The notes under the pieces are model-generated. The model saw only the letters and a program-made list of their open reading frames with translations, did not search any database and was not told the origin of the DNA. From positions 6,078,001 to 6,142,000 of the forward strand of contig NC_087245.1 of NCBI RefSeq assembly GCF_037042905.1: 64,000 nt of DNA, in the 5' to 3' direction. Made by a program: the position numbers and the translations under genes. This DNA is from Lytechinus pictus. Taxonomy: Eukaryota. Below are positions 40,560 through 52,700 of the stretch, piece after piece; within the stretch, counting starts at the first letter, position 1; each line of letters starts with the position of its first letter.

Positions 40560-40987
40560 ACGTATCAGTCAATCGCTGATGTGGTTTACGGTACACCATG
40601 TGAAGTGTTGTAGAAACAGTGGATAGGAGAAGAGAAGAAATGGATAGGCGAGAAAGTGGAGATTTGAGAGTAGAGTATTCTTTCTTGAAAGTAGTCCTGA
40701 AAAGGACTGTAAACCAGGAAAGATTGATGAGTTGAGAACAGCTTGAGTAGTAGAGCTAGTGAGGAGATGCTGGCTTGAGTCGGCGAGTAGAGATGATGAG
40801 TAGTAGAGAGACTCGACGTTTCGGGCAGGTTGACTGTCCGTCTTCAGTCTTCTTTCTCGCCTATCCATTTCTTCTCTTCTCCTATCCACTGTTTCTACAA
40901 CACTTCACATGGTGTACCGTAAACCACATCAGCGATTGTACATACCACCATGCAAACCTTCAAACAACATCTGACGTATCAGTCAAT
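40560..40987. mobile_element. Penelope-like remnant: 87-bp inverted repeat, hammerhead motif, 14-bp flanking direct repeat
   Basis: 40570-40656 is the reverse complement of 40852-40938. ACGTATCAGTCAAT occurs at 40560-40573 and 40974-40987. Confidence 0.65.
40805..40850 (-). ncRNA. Minimal hammerhead-ribozyme-like motif
   Basis: The minus strand reads AGA-CTGAAGA-CGGACAG-TCAAC-CTGCCC-GAAAC-GTCGA-GTC-TCT: CUGANGA core, stem II, GAAA and GUC. Confidence 0.6.
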
Positions 40988-42834
40988 AGAGAAAAATTAC
41001 GTCATCCTTAGGTTGTCGTGCCCCCCCCCCCCCGCCTTAGTCGAAATACCTAGTGACGCACCTAGGTACACTAAACACATAAACTATATGAAAAAGTAAA
41101 CATGTGCACTCGTTTATTGATTTCCCACCAGGTTATCTCTTTTTCAGATGATTATTAATTGCTCTGTTCAAGAAATAATATTTACAGTTTTGCACTGAAA
41201 TCTGATTATCTATACTTTTGGAGGGAACTATCTTACACCAAATAAGGAAACATCTAAAAAGAAAGGGCAGTGCAATTGAGAGGGTTACAATCCTGCTAAA
41301 TATAACATACATCACACTTAAAAATGATTTTTCTTTTGGTACAGCGTTGTGCCAAATTAGGCAGGCACTTATAAAAATGTTGAAAGGTTTGAAAAACGGA
41401 AATCCCCAAAATATATAGAACCAATATTGAAAAAGAAATGATATGAATGTGCTAACAGAATTAGAATGACAGATGAATATCAACAAATCAACACAGGAAT
41501 ATGTAAAGCAGGAAAAGGGTACCTCTATGGGAAGAATATATATAATTTGTAATTTCTGTTAATAAAAATGAAGAATTATACATATTCTTGCACGGGGAGG
41601 AATCCCAATAACCTTGAGTGTTACGTTACATGACCACGCAAAAACCACGGATTCGGGGTACGTCCATCCCTCCCCCGGGAAAAGTTAATTATTGAAGTGT
41701 CGACCGTTATTGTACGTAGTAAAACGTTTTTTCTGAGCTAAAGCGGTATTTTTTTTACTTCCGTTTAGACGACGGAAACCATTAAAAAGTGGGCCCCCTC
41801 CGAAAAAGTACATTATATTCTTTTAAATAAATTTTATTACAAGCTTCATTATATTTGTTTTTTTATTTGGATGTATTGTCTGGATGTGGCGTTGCAGATG
41901 AACGTAATACAAAAAAGCAATTTTGCTTCTTTAGTTCCTGTGGTTCAAATAGCAGAAAGAAAATGCACCAATATACCCACTAGACTGGTTCATGATAATT
42001 CATATTTTCTCCGAAGTTTCCGTTGAAGTATAATCTATAATCGTTATATAAAAATATACTTCAATTCAAATAAACATTTATTTTCTTCCATTTCACAAAT
42101 GTTTTCATTTTTGTAGACATAAATTCATACAAGTATCAGTTTGTCGTGAAGAATGTTAATATGTACATGCTTTATCTATTGTGCAACACAATTACTTTAA
42201 CAAAAAAATATTTATTTAATTATTTGTAATCACCAAATTGGTGGTCTTCCGTGTGGCCCTGTTTGATACCAAGAAATCGAACACTTATTTTCACTGATAC
42301 AATGAATCAAGCAGTGTATAGCAGCTCTCGGAACTTATAGAAAATCATGGCACCAACAACCATGACAACGGAAATACGACGAAAATATGACGTCATGATC
42401 GTCACACACTGTTGTACAATTTTGATAGCAAATAAAATAGCAAAAAAAAAAGATATTTTACGTTCTCACCTAAATGAATTTAATTTATACGTTCACTAAT
42501 TATATTTATTTTAATCATCATCATTTAAAACGATATTTCCGAAATTATTTTGTCATTAACGTCTATTTTCATTTATCATTTCACAATTTTGTCAGGTATA
42601 TTTCCTAAAATTTCTCTTCATGTATGTCATCTGCAGAACAATATCTCTGACAAATATTATGATTTGCTCAGATAAAGTAAAATCAGACAAACAAAAGAAT
42701 GAAAATTGGAACAAAATCAGACAAGGAATAACAAAGTTATTTCAATGAAACGCTTCTATGCAAGTACACCTAATATTTCATCTGACTCTTACAAAAATGA
42801 GTATGATCGTTGTGCTGTTCTCTTAAATCAAACT

Positions 42835-43045
42835 AAAGGATTGAGAATCAATGCCTGCAGCTTGTTTGATAAAATGGATGAACTGAAATTTGTAATCAAC
42901 AAACTTAATCTTGATGTATTTTCTATAACTGAAACTTGGTTAACTCCATTTATTGCGAACAGTTCAATTTTGATAGATGGGTACTCCATATTCTGCCGTG
43001 ACCGCGCTGACGGTCGCCGTGGAGGGGGTGTGTGTATTTTGAGAA
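42835..43045 (+). pseudogene. LINE APE endonuclease N-terminal fragment
   Basis: INACSL...DVFSITETWL...IDGYSIFCRDR..RRGGGVCI. Confidence 0.8.
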
Positions 43046-43795
43046 GAAAACACGTGGACAAATGATATGCCATTGCTCGCTGTTTAATTCCGTACGAGGC
43101 ATCAAAACACAGAGGCAATATGCCTAAATAACATAAGAGGTGATAAACCTCAAAACAGTCTGAACAATGTCGTAAGACATAACGAAAAACTACATCTGTG
43201 GCATCCTATTAATCTTACTGAAAGATATGGTCACGTGATCGCCAGGAAGGGTAGTAACTCCTCCCTGGGACTGTTGATCACGTGACCCACCCGCAGGATA
43301 GTAGTTCCCACGGGTGTTTCCCTAAATCTTGGTAAACAACATCTTTGGAGCATATACTTTGATATCAATATTGGTGATCTGTCAGGTTTCAAACAAATTG
43401 TTTCTGAACAAAAACCTTCTACACTTCTAAAGCAATGTATCATGACATGCTCCTCCTTACCATTTAAATATAAAAGTCATAATTAGCCACATAATGCTCT
43501 ATGCTGCCTGTCCTTAAGTCCTACCCAACCTCCCAGCCATATTGTAGGCCTAGTCACTTTAATATGACTATCTGGACAGTGGACTTCTTTAAACCTGAGA
43601 ATATAATATGTATGACATATAAAAGTATACCTCTATCCTATGGCCATCTATTCAACAATGTTGTATATCTGCCTTCTTGATAAACTCGTAAGTGCCCTGC
43701 CCAACCTTCCAACCTTATGCAGGCCAAAAAAGTTACCTCCAGATGTCCTTGTTCCTAATCTAAAACATAAAATCATAAAATAATTCAATATCTCT

Positions 43796-44047
43796 CCCAA
43801 CCTCCCAACCATGATGAATGACTGTCTAAATTCTGCCCAACCTCCCAGCCTTAATGCAGAAATCAATGTCTTTCCAACCTACCAACCATGCTGATCTACT
43901 GTCGTAACTCTGCCCAACCTCCCAACCATGATGACTGACTGTCTAAATTCTGCCCAACCTCCCAGCCTTAATGCAGAAATCAATGTCTTTCCAACCTACC
44001 AACCATGCTGATCTACTGTCGTAACTCTGCCCAACCTCCCAACCATG
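43796..44047 (+). repeat. 117-bp tandem repeat (about 2.1 units) built from ~39-bp CCCAACCTCCCA subunits
   Basis: Units start at 43796, 43913 and 44030. Further degenerate subunits lie at ~43524 and ~43700. Confidence 0.85.
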
Positions 44048-44554
44048 AGATGTTTAATAAGAATATCATAAATCGTGATACACAAAATTTCCTACACACG
44101 GTAATTCTCAACAGTAATTCAGCTCTACGCATGGACTAAGATATCAGCTTGTATGGTAACATATGTGCTAAAGTCACCGCTACACTGCATTGCCTCAGAA
44201 ATATGCAACCCCCTTAACGATCCCGTGACTAAATTCTGTATTGACGCCGGGTCCTCCCATCCCGATAATATATTACCAATGTACCTGGGTGGGAGTGGAG
44301 GGGAAAAATTTGTTGCCTCGAAGGAATTTCAGACTGCAATGGCTTTATTACGTGCACACGTTACTAGTATATTCCACACCGCACATGTTTCCCGCTGTGA
44401 TTAGATCACATGTTATCCGGTTAGTGATCACATGCACAATCTGTATCAATTTGGACTTTTACACATTATATTCCTCTATGAACCTAACACTTGTTTCTCT
44501 CAAAAATTTACTGATCACTGAAAATGATCATTACCTTTTCGCCAAAAACGCATT

Positions 44555-47258
44555 GTCAATCGACGAACGAAATTATTTAAATGATAGTACTGTTGAAAGT
44601 GTTTGGGTAAACTTAAAAGCACCATCATCTGAAAACATACTTATATGTTGTTTATACAGACCTCCAGATGCAAATAACGATTATTTTGAAAGAATGATCG
44701 ATACATTTGAAAAGGCTTCATCTGAATCGAAAGAAATTTTAATACTTGGAGATCTAAATATTGACTATCCTACCACACATCAATGACAGTGTTAACCCTA
44801 TTAATCTCATTGAAGATATGTTTGCTCTTACTCAAATGATAGACAAACCTACTCGGGTGACGTCTTCATCATCCAAATGTATCGATCACATCTTATCCTC
44901 CATGCCTGAAAAACATGTCATTAGTGATGTTGCCAAAATAAGTGTAAGTGATCATTATCTTGTATTTACTTGTATTAGTTTTAAGTCTACCATTAATGAA
45001 CACAAAACCAAACGTTCTCTTAATTATAAACACTTCGATGAAGACAAATTTATTTCAGCCATTCAAAATTCGGATGTTCTTAGTAAAAAGGAATATCAGA
45101 GTCAATCTGTAACTGATGCATGGCACGAATGGAAGGTTGAATTTATCAATATTTGTAATGAGTATGCTCCTATCAAGACAATTCGCGTAAAGAATAAAAC
45201 ATATCCTTGGATCACACCTCACCTCTAATTTACAATATTCTAATGAAATTAATAAAGGATATCGTATAATGAGAAATCGTATTACTGATCTCATTAGAAA
45301 AAATAAACAGAAGCATTTTAATGATATCACTCATAAATATAAGTCAGACTCAAAAACACTTTGGAAAGAATTGCAAAAAGTTACAAATAAAAATGTTAAC
45401 TCAGAAAGTCGTAATATTGACTGCAATGTTATAAATGATTATTTCACTAATATAGGCAAAGAAATATCTAAGAGTTTTGATAATTCATACATTCTAGATT
45501 GGAAACACCCCAAATGTATTCGAACTTTTAAAATTGAACCAATTAAATCTAAAAAAATACTAAACTATTTGAGTTGTCTTGATAATAGCAGTCATCTCGA
45601 CATACTGGATTTCGATACTAAGTTACTAAGACTTGCTGCTCCCTATATATATGAATCTCTATGTTCTATTTTTAATGCTAGTCTGATCACAGGTGGCATA
45701 CCCTGTGATTGGAAGATTGCCCGCACTACCCATGTATACAAGGGCAAGGGGAACAAAGATGACATTACAAACTATCGCCCTATATCCATATATATTATTA
45801 AAATATCTTAAAGAGAACGATATGATCAATGTCGATCAATATGCATTTCTCCCTAACCATTCTACTATCACCTGCCTTCACAGGGTAATTGATGATTTTC
45901 ACGAGGCTCTTAACAATAAAGAATTAATTGGCTCATGCTTTCTTGACATTTCTAAATGTTTCGACTGTGTTAATCATGAATTACTCTTGCTTAAACTAGA
46001 GAAATATGGTATTTATGACAAAGAATTAAAATGGTTTTCTAACTATATTACTGAAAGAAAACAACTTGTTTCTTCAAAAGGTAAAAACCCCTCTATAAAG
46101 GAATTACCATTAGGGGTACCACAGGGCAGTGTACTTGCTCCTGTTCTATTTTTATTATTTATTAACGATATATCAGAAGGCTTTAATAATGCTGTATGTT
46201 CTATTTATAACCATAAACATAATGTTACTCTAAATTTACAAAATACGGTAAACACACTAGACAACTGGTATAAGAAAAATCGTCTTAAGATAAATGTTAG
46301 TAAAACGAAGACAATGTTAATTTCTACAAAGTCAACAGAATGTCTTAATATCTATATTGATAATGAACTCATAGAGCAAGTTCATTCTATCAGGTATTTG
46401 GGCATTATTATACATGAAAATTTAAAGTGGAATGACTATTTAAAACACTTATGCAAATTAACTGCTTAACAAACTGAAATTACCCTTATTGAGACTCCAA
46501 AAAAGAGCGGCCCGTCATGTAACCTTTAACTATGATTACAATACAAATTTAGGTCTTCACTTAATGAACAAACTTTCCTGGCAAACGATTGATGATCGCC
46601 GTGATTACTTTCTATCAACCCTAATGTACCAATGTGTTCACGGTCTTGCCCGATTACATGGATTATACAATGAAATGTACTTCGACAGGCATGGATTGAA
46701 CACTCGTAATGCTAGCTCCCTTAACCACCAAAACATAACATTCAACTCTTTTCTCAATCTTTTAAATATGCCGGTGCCAAAGTATGGAATAAATTACCCA
46801 CAAATTTCCAAAATGCTCAACCCTTAGATGTATTTAAGTCTCTAAACAAAAAATCTAAATCTAATATGTCATAATAATCCCATCCCTGAACTTATATATT
46901 TTCAGTAATTTACATTACAATTTTATTCTGTCTATCATTATTCACAACTTTCAGCCCCTACTTTTTTGCAATTGTTTATATACTGTAGTTGATAAGGTTA
47001 TACGTATACCAACCCTTCTTTCATGTAAGCCTATCTATTTTTTTTACCATTAATAATAAGGTGATCAATAGTATTTCGATGTTTTTGTATTACGCTGATA
47101 TTTTTATGTCTTACCCTGTTTTTTGATATATGCCTATTATTGTCATTACCATTTTATCATGTTTTTTTATACACCAGGACCAAGATGCAAAACAGTAATT
47201 TTATCTCTGATCTTGTGAACCTGTTTAAATATGTGTGAATAAATAAATAAATAAATAA
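44555..47258 (+). mobile_element. Decayed L2/CR1-group LINE (frameshifted APE-RT ORF2 + 3' UTR + (TAAA)n)
   Basis: Across several frames: LYRPP, ILGDLNID, KPTRVT, SDHYLV, PWIT, NYRPIS, LDISKCFDCVNH, GVPQGSVLAPVLF, YLGI and RLQKRAAR. The region expected to hold YADD appears deleted. Confidence 0.9.
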
Positions 47259-47817
47259 CATTTCATGAATATTCAATGAGCAAACTGATAATGTCATATC
47301 TCGACTTGTTCTTTTTTTATTGCATGAAATTATTTTGATTCAATTCTTTTTAGTTTTTCTTGGGTTTTCATGATTTTGTGAAACAAAACACATATAAACT
47401 ATACAAATAATATAAAAAGAAATACGAAAAGATAAAAAAACAGCATACAAAAAGTACAGTTTATCAACAGATAATAAGTGATATACATGTAGTAAAAGCA
47501 GTCACTTTGTCTCTTCTAAGTATTCCTCATCCCTTATAGTATAAGGCAAGAATGTAATAACAGAGAGATAAAAATCAGGTGATTCACCTATTTTTAGAGA
47601 TCTACAAAATTCCATCCTCAGAATTAAGGCATATTAAGATATTCTTCAGTTACAAAAAATAACAATGATAGAATATTTTACAACTCAAATCTCAATTTCC
47701 GAAAATGGCTTGTATGTGTATTTTTCTTGGCAATACGATATCCAATATCCTTGTTAGAGGTGATTCAATTTTTGTCCTCCAAGAACTAAATATTTGGAAT
47801 GTCAACTGATTAAGTGC

Positions 47818-48981
47818 CAGTGGCGTACCGTGGGTCACGGCTTTGGGGGGTACCAGCAAATATTTTGTGTCACTTAGTGAGCGCGCTTTTCGCGTGCTCA
47901 GCTGCCAGGTATAGGCCTACTGACCTAATGATCTAACAGAGACATTTTAAGGACAGTGCTATTAAACTGTTATGTATCTCACTGATTAAATAATGCAAGC
48001 GCGAAGCGCGAGCTGAAAATTTTGGAAATTCAGACCTGAAAAGAGCCATTTAAAGGCTTGTTTGTAGGAACTCACGAAGGCCATACGTATTTCACTAACC
48101 AAATGATGCGAGCGCGAAGCACGAGCTAAAATTTTTGTATATATTGACCACAAACATGGACATTTTAAGGACTATTTTTAAGGAATCAATTAAGAGTATA
48201 TATATCTCACCATAGTCATCTAATACGGGTGCCAAGCGCTTGCTGATTTTGTTAGAATTACATCTAAACACATGAAGCACTTTTTGTAGTCATTGTAATC
48301 ATGATTATCATATTCACTAATCAAACATTGCGAGCGCGAAGCGCGAGCTGAAAACTTTGGACATTCAGACCTGAAGAGGGGCATTCTAAGGCTTGTTTGT
48401 AGGAATACACTTAGACCATACGTATATCACTAAACAAATTATGCGAGCGCGAAGCGCGAGCTGAAAATTTTGATATTCAGATCAGAAAAGGGGACATTTT
48501 AAGAACTGATTTTAGGCATTTATGATGAGCAGACATATCTCACCAATCCACTAATGCAAACGTAAGCACAGAAAGGAAATGTTTTACATTAAGACCTTAA
48601 AATGGGGCAATCGCTTTAAGTAGTGATTAAAAAGAAGCACATGTCACTAATAAAACAATAACTCGAAGTGCAAGGAAATGTGTTTGGTGTATATTGACTT
48701 GAAAACGGGAGGTTTTAGTACAACAGGATCATATATCTCGTTAAACAGACTATGCGAGCACCAGGAACAATGAATACATAGGCCCTGAGCAAATTATGTT
48801 TCATAAAGTTATGAAAAATATGTTTCTTATGTAATAAAACATTACATAATTATAATATAACATTAAAATGAACAATAATTTCTTCTTTCCCACTTCGTTT
48901 CTCTTTCTTTCTCCCTTTTCTCCTTTCCCCGTTTTTTTTGGGGGGACACGTGCCCCATGCCCCCCCGTAGTTACGCCACTG
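47818..48981. mobile_element. Non-autonomous hAT-like element, 1164 bp, 8-bp TSD
   Basis: TIRs CAGTGGCGTA / TACGCCACTG. TTAAGTGC is duplicated at 47810-47817 and 48982-48989. Internal GCGAGCGCGAAGCGCGAGC sub-repeats. Confidence 0.9.
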
Positions 48982-49235
48982 TTAAGTGCATTAGATATTC
49001 ACTGCAGCAACTTATTATATAATTTTGATAGGGAGACATGTCATACAAACATGTATGAAAATATGAAATGATTACGCTTTTTAATATGTAACAACATAAC
49101 AAATAGGAAAGTGGGGATGTGACATCATTAGCCCACCTAATTAATAATCATGACAATGTGCAAATATATATACATATATTGTGAAATAAATGAATGAAGA
49201 GAACAATGGTTTTCCCAGAGGTGATGCCGAAAAAA

Positions 49236-49306
49236 TGTCTCCGCCGGGAATCGAACCCGGACCCCAGCTTTGAACGCCGGTGCCTTAACCACTAGACCAC
49301 ATAGAC
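49236..49306 (-). tRNA. tRNA-like gene or pseudogene with TCA anticodon, inside a (TA)n-flanked repeat
   Basis: GTCTATG-TG-GTCTAGTGGTTAAGGC-A-CCGGC-GTTCAAA-GCTGG-GGT-CCGGG-TTCGATT-CCCGG-CGGAGAC-A followed immediately by TTTTTT. It has one acceptor-stem mismatch and a 3-nt variable loop. Confidence 0.55.
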
Positions 49307-49496
49307 GGGTTAGTGGCTCGGGCGACCCCGACCCGATTGACCGTCAGATAAACAGATTTTCGACGCCACCAATTAACTTTCCTATGTCGGGTGTAGGTGA
49401 GTATTGAACAATGACAAGCCGCCATGCCTCAGCTGGATCAAAGCTATTGCTTATAGATACAGTACATGTATGGGACAAATTATACAAATGTGAGAC

Positions 49497-49500
<4 letters not shown>

Positions 49501-49528
<28 letters not shown>

Positions 49529-49735
49529 CATTATATATATTGTAAAGAAATGGATGAAGAGATCATTGATCTCTTCATCCATTTCTTTACAATATTTAAA
49601 TAAAAGAGTTGCCAAAGCTGTTGTACATGTATAACTTTACACATATGTATACATTATATATATATATATAATATATAATATATATAATATATAATATATA
49701 TAATATATATATATAATATATAATATATATATATA
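49501..49735. repeat. (TA)n-rich tracts with an embedded perfect 29-bp-arm hairpin (49537-49595)
   Basis: ATATTGTAAAGAAATGGATGAAGAGATCA-T-TGATCTCTTCATCCATTTCTTTACAATAT. Confidence 0.9.
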
Positions 49736-52700
49736 TTCATCTTTTTCATAAAATATTGCTTAAGTTTATAATTTGATATCTTTGTTATGTGTTATCAGAT
49801 TTTGATGGAATTTACGGCATTTGCTGTGTGAACTTTACACCTTTTTCAGATATAATCACTTTCTTCAGCCCGGAATACCCTTAAAATGAGATCCATTACC
49901 TTTTTAGAACTGCGTTTTCTTATTTCGGAAATTAGTTAAATAGTGAATTATACTACCTTGTAGATTTTGAAAATACCCCTTACCAAAATGTTTGGGGATA
50001 TACCCCGATCCCCCCCCCCCCCCGACCCCCGTCGCTCTTGTCTAAAACTTAATTTGTTCACTCTGTGCCTAAATAGACAAACAACTATTTTGAGTGGGTT
50101 TCAGACCGATTTCCGCCATTGATTCAGAGGAATTCAATATTCCACTCTTTATTGTTTGAATATCTTTATCGTCAACAAAGTATGTCGTCTATGTAGTTAG
50201 CAACACACCCTAACGTTGGATGTGCATATGACAACTGGAATTGAAGAAAACAAAACACTTGTCTCTCCAGCGCCCCGTTGCATAAAAGTCACCGTTATGG
50301 TAACTTTGCCATCCAATGTTAACTATCACGGTAACGATGATCAACAGCCAATCCCTAATATTATGGATATATCATGCATTGTCATTATTTTTTCTAATAC
50401 GGAAATGTACTACTTTACCACCCACTCTTCAGTCTAACCCTGATAGTTCTCGATACCCTGATTGTGCGCCAAATGGCACACATTTTTTACCGAAAGGCAT
50501 ACTGGTAATTGACAAGCAAACACGATATACATATTCAAAGATATTACAAGGGGCAGATCGGACACTTCTAAAAGGCGATGTTTTGAAACGCTCGATAAAT
50601 GCTCATGGGAAGGGCGCCCATTAGCGTTGAGTTAAGTAACCATCGCATATCGGCACATCGGCTGTGCATAAAACATATGGAGGAATGAGAGAGGGGATTC
50701 TGGAGAGGGCTCAAGGGCGGCGCATGGGAATAACTCCACCTTTTATTACCCATAAACCTCTGAAATATATTCATCTTTAATTTAAGGGAAAAATGAATGT
50801 AAAAATCGTCTATTGTGACCCTCACCATTTTATATGTTTTGTACACAACCATATCGCGATACGCAAAGGTAAAAAAAAAAGGTCGATACTCATCGCTGTA
50901 CTTGGGCGCTCTTTCTAAGCGTTCAAGGCCCAATATATAGGGCCTTGTAAGCGTTGTGGAGTGCGCATGTAATCCAAGCTATGTGGGGAAGTTACAAATT
51001 GATGCAGAGGTTCGAGCCCCGGTCACGTCTTTCGGTCCCAGACGTAAATAATCATATCTGATTGATACACGTCTGACAAAACTCAAATACACACACATTC
51101 ATTGTTTCATTGCGCGCTCTCTGTACTGTCCGATCTTCCCCTTAGTATCTTTGATATATTGCAAAGTGATAAGGACATTTTAAGCATTTTATTTTAAATT
51201 AAAACAACCATGTTTAGTTTCAAATCTATTTTGTTTAAAAGTTCGACATTGTTAAACAATTTTCTAAACGAGTCAAGAATAACTATTAGTAAGGACAACA
51301 AATCAGACTGTATAGGCCCGAATAATTTGTACGGGTTTGGAACATTCGTTTGCATTTTGGGGTAATAATAGTCGTATATACATTATTCTTTCTCCGATGT
51401 GTCTATTCATCTGTATGCACTTTTCTATCATACTTAGGGAGCAAACCCACATTTTTGAAAAATATCAAGCTGTGGTCCATGAGTTATACCACTGAGGGGA
51501 CTAATATTACTATCCCATCTAGCTCTACGGGGAGAGTAAATTTACTCTGACATTCTCAGCATGGTATATCCATATAAATCAAATCTTAAAGTCAAACTTT
51601 GAGGACTGCCTCGAATTTTTCTGCATAAAGCAATATAAATTATATCTAATATATACAATGTGTTTTTTTTTTTATTCAAGATATATTTATAGCATTTTGT
51701 TTACGTGTTTTTCTGTGTTCATATATTAAAGAACTGTTGCTGGGCTGGCGCCATGAGCGTCTTCGGACGGTTTGTGCGCTCTTACAACCAGCTGTGATAT
51801 AATAGGGAAGATGGCGTGCTTCATATTCAACAAATTAGTACCTTTACATCACAATGGTTTGTTTTAAAGAAATCGGAGTCCCATTCGACCAGCCGAGTTA
51901 CAAGATCGTTTAAAACTTCAAAAAAGTCACTCAGGTAAACGCAGGGATTTTTTGGGGGGTTGGTGTAAATCATTGCATAAATTTTTACTTAATCATTTTT
52001 GGGAATGTCTTGATGATTTCATATCTTATGTACCCAAATAATTATTGATGCTGAATATTAGATGTCCATTGAAACTAATCAGAGACAAAAACCTTCACTC
52101 GGGGTTGATATTCTGGTTGCTAAATGAAAATTTCTATCAGTCATTTTGTAAAACCTTCAGGTAATTTTTATCAACACACATTTATCCATATAAACACGAT
52201 AAACATCGTGAGAAGACGGGGTATTTTTATCCATGTGACAGATCTCGGAAATCGTATTCTCAACAAAGGGGAAGATAGCTATGATTATGCATAGGCAACA
52301 AATTCTTAAAGGCACGCATTGTATTTTTTTATAGCTTGAAGAATCATAAAAAAATGCTATAGTCACACCACTGGAACTGACTCCAGACCGATCAAAGCTA
52401 TTTCAAATGGTATATTATTGGTTAGTTTGGATTCAGTATGCGTTGGTGTGTGACTGAGGCAGGAAGTCATTTGAGGCTGTTTTAACGTTCGTAGAGCACG
52501 CCATCACATTCCTATATTTATATATCATGTTTGGCTTTCATCTGCCCAAACAGGTAGGAAACGTACCGTCAAAATCATACCACTGGTGTAACCCCAGGGT
52601 AAGGGATATATACATATCGAGAGTTGCGTGAATATTTGTACCAATCGCTCTGACATATTTTTATTAATGTGAAGAGAAGATGATGGTCAAGAATGAAGCA

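Noticed and set aside
49236..49306. Selenocysteine tRNA
   Set aside because: It has a TCA anticodon but no long variable arm or extended acceptor-T stem geometry.
50216..50740. Possible secreted-protein ORF (MINSQSLILWIYHALSLFFLIRKCTTLPP...)
   Set aside because: It has a hydrophobic start but no recognisable domain, and stops or frameshifts follow. It cannot be supported without a search.
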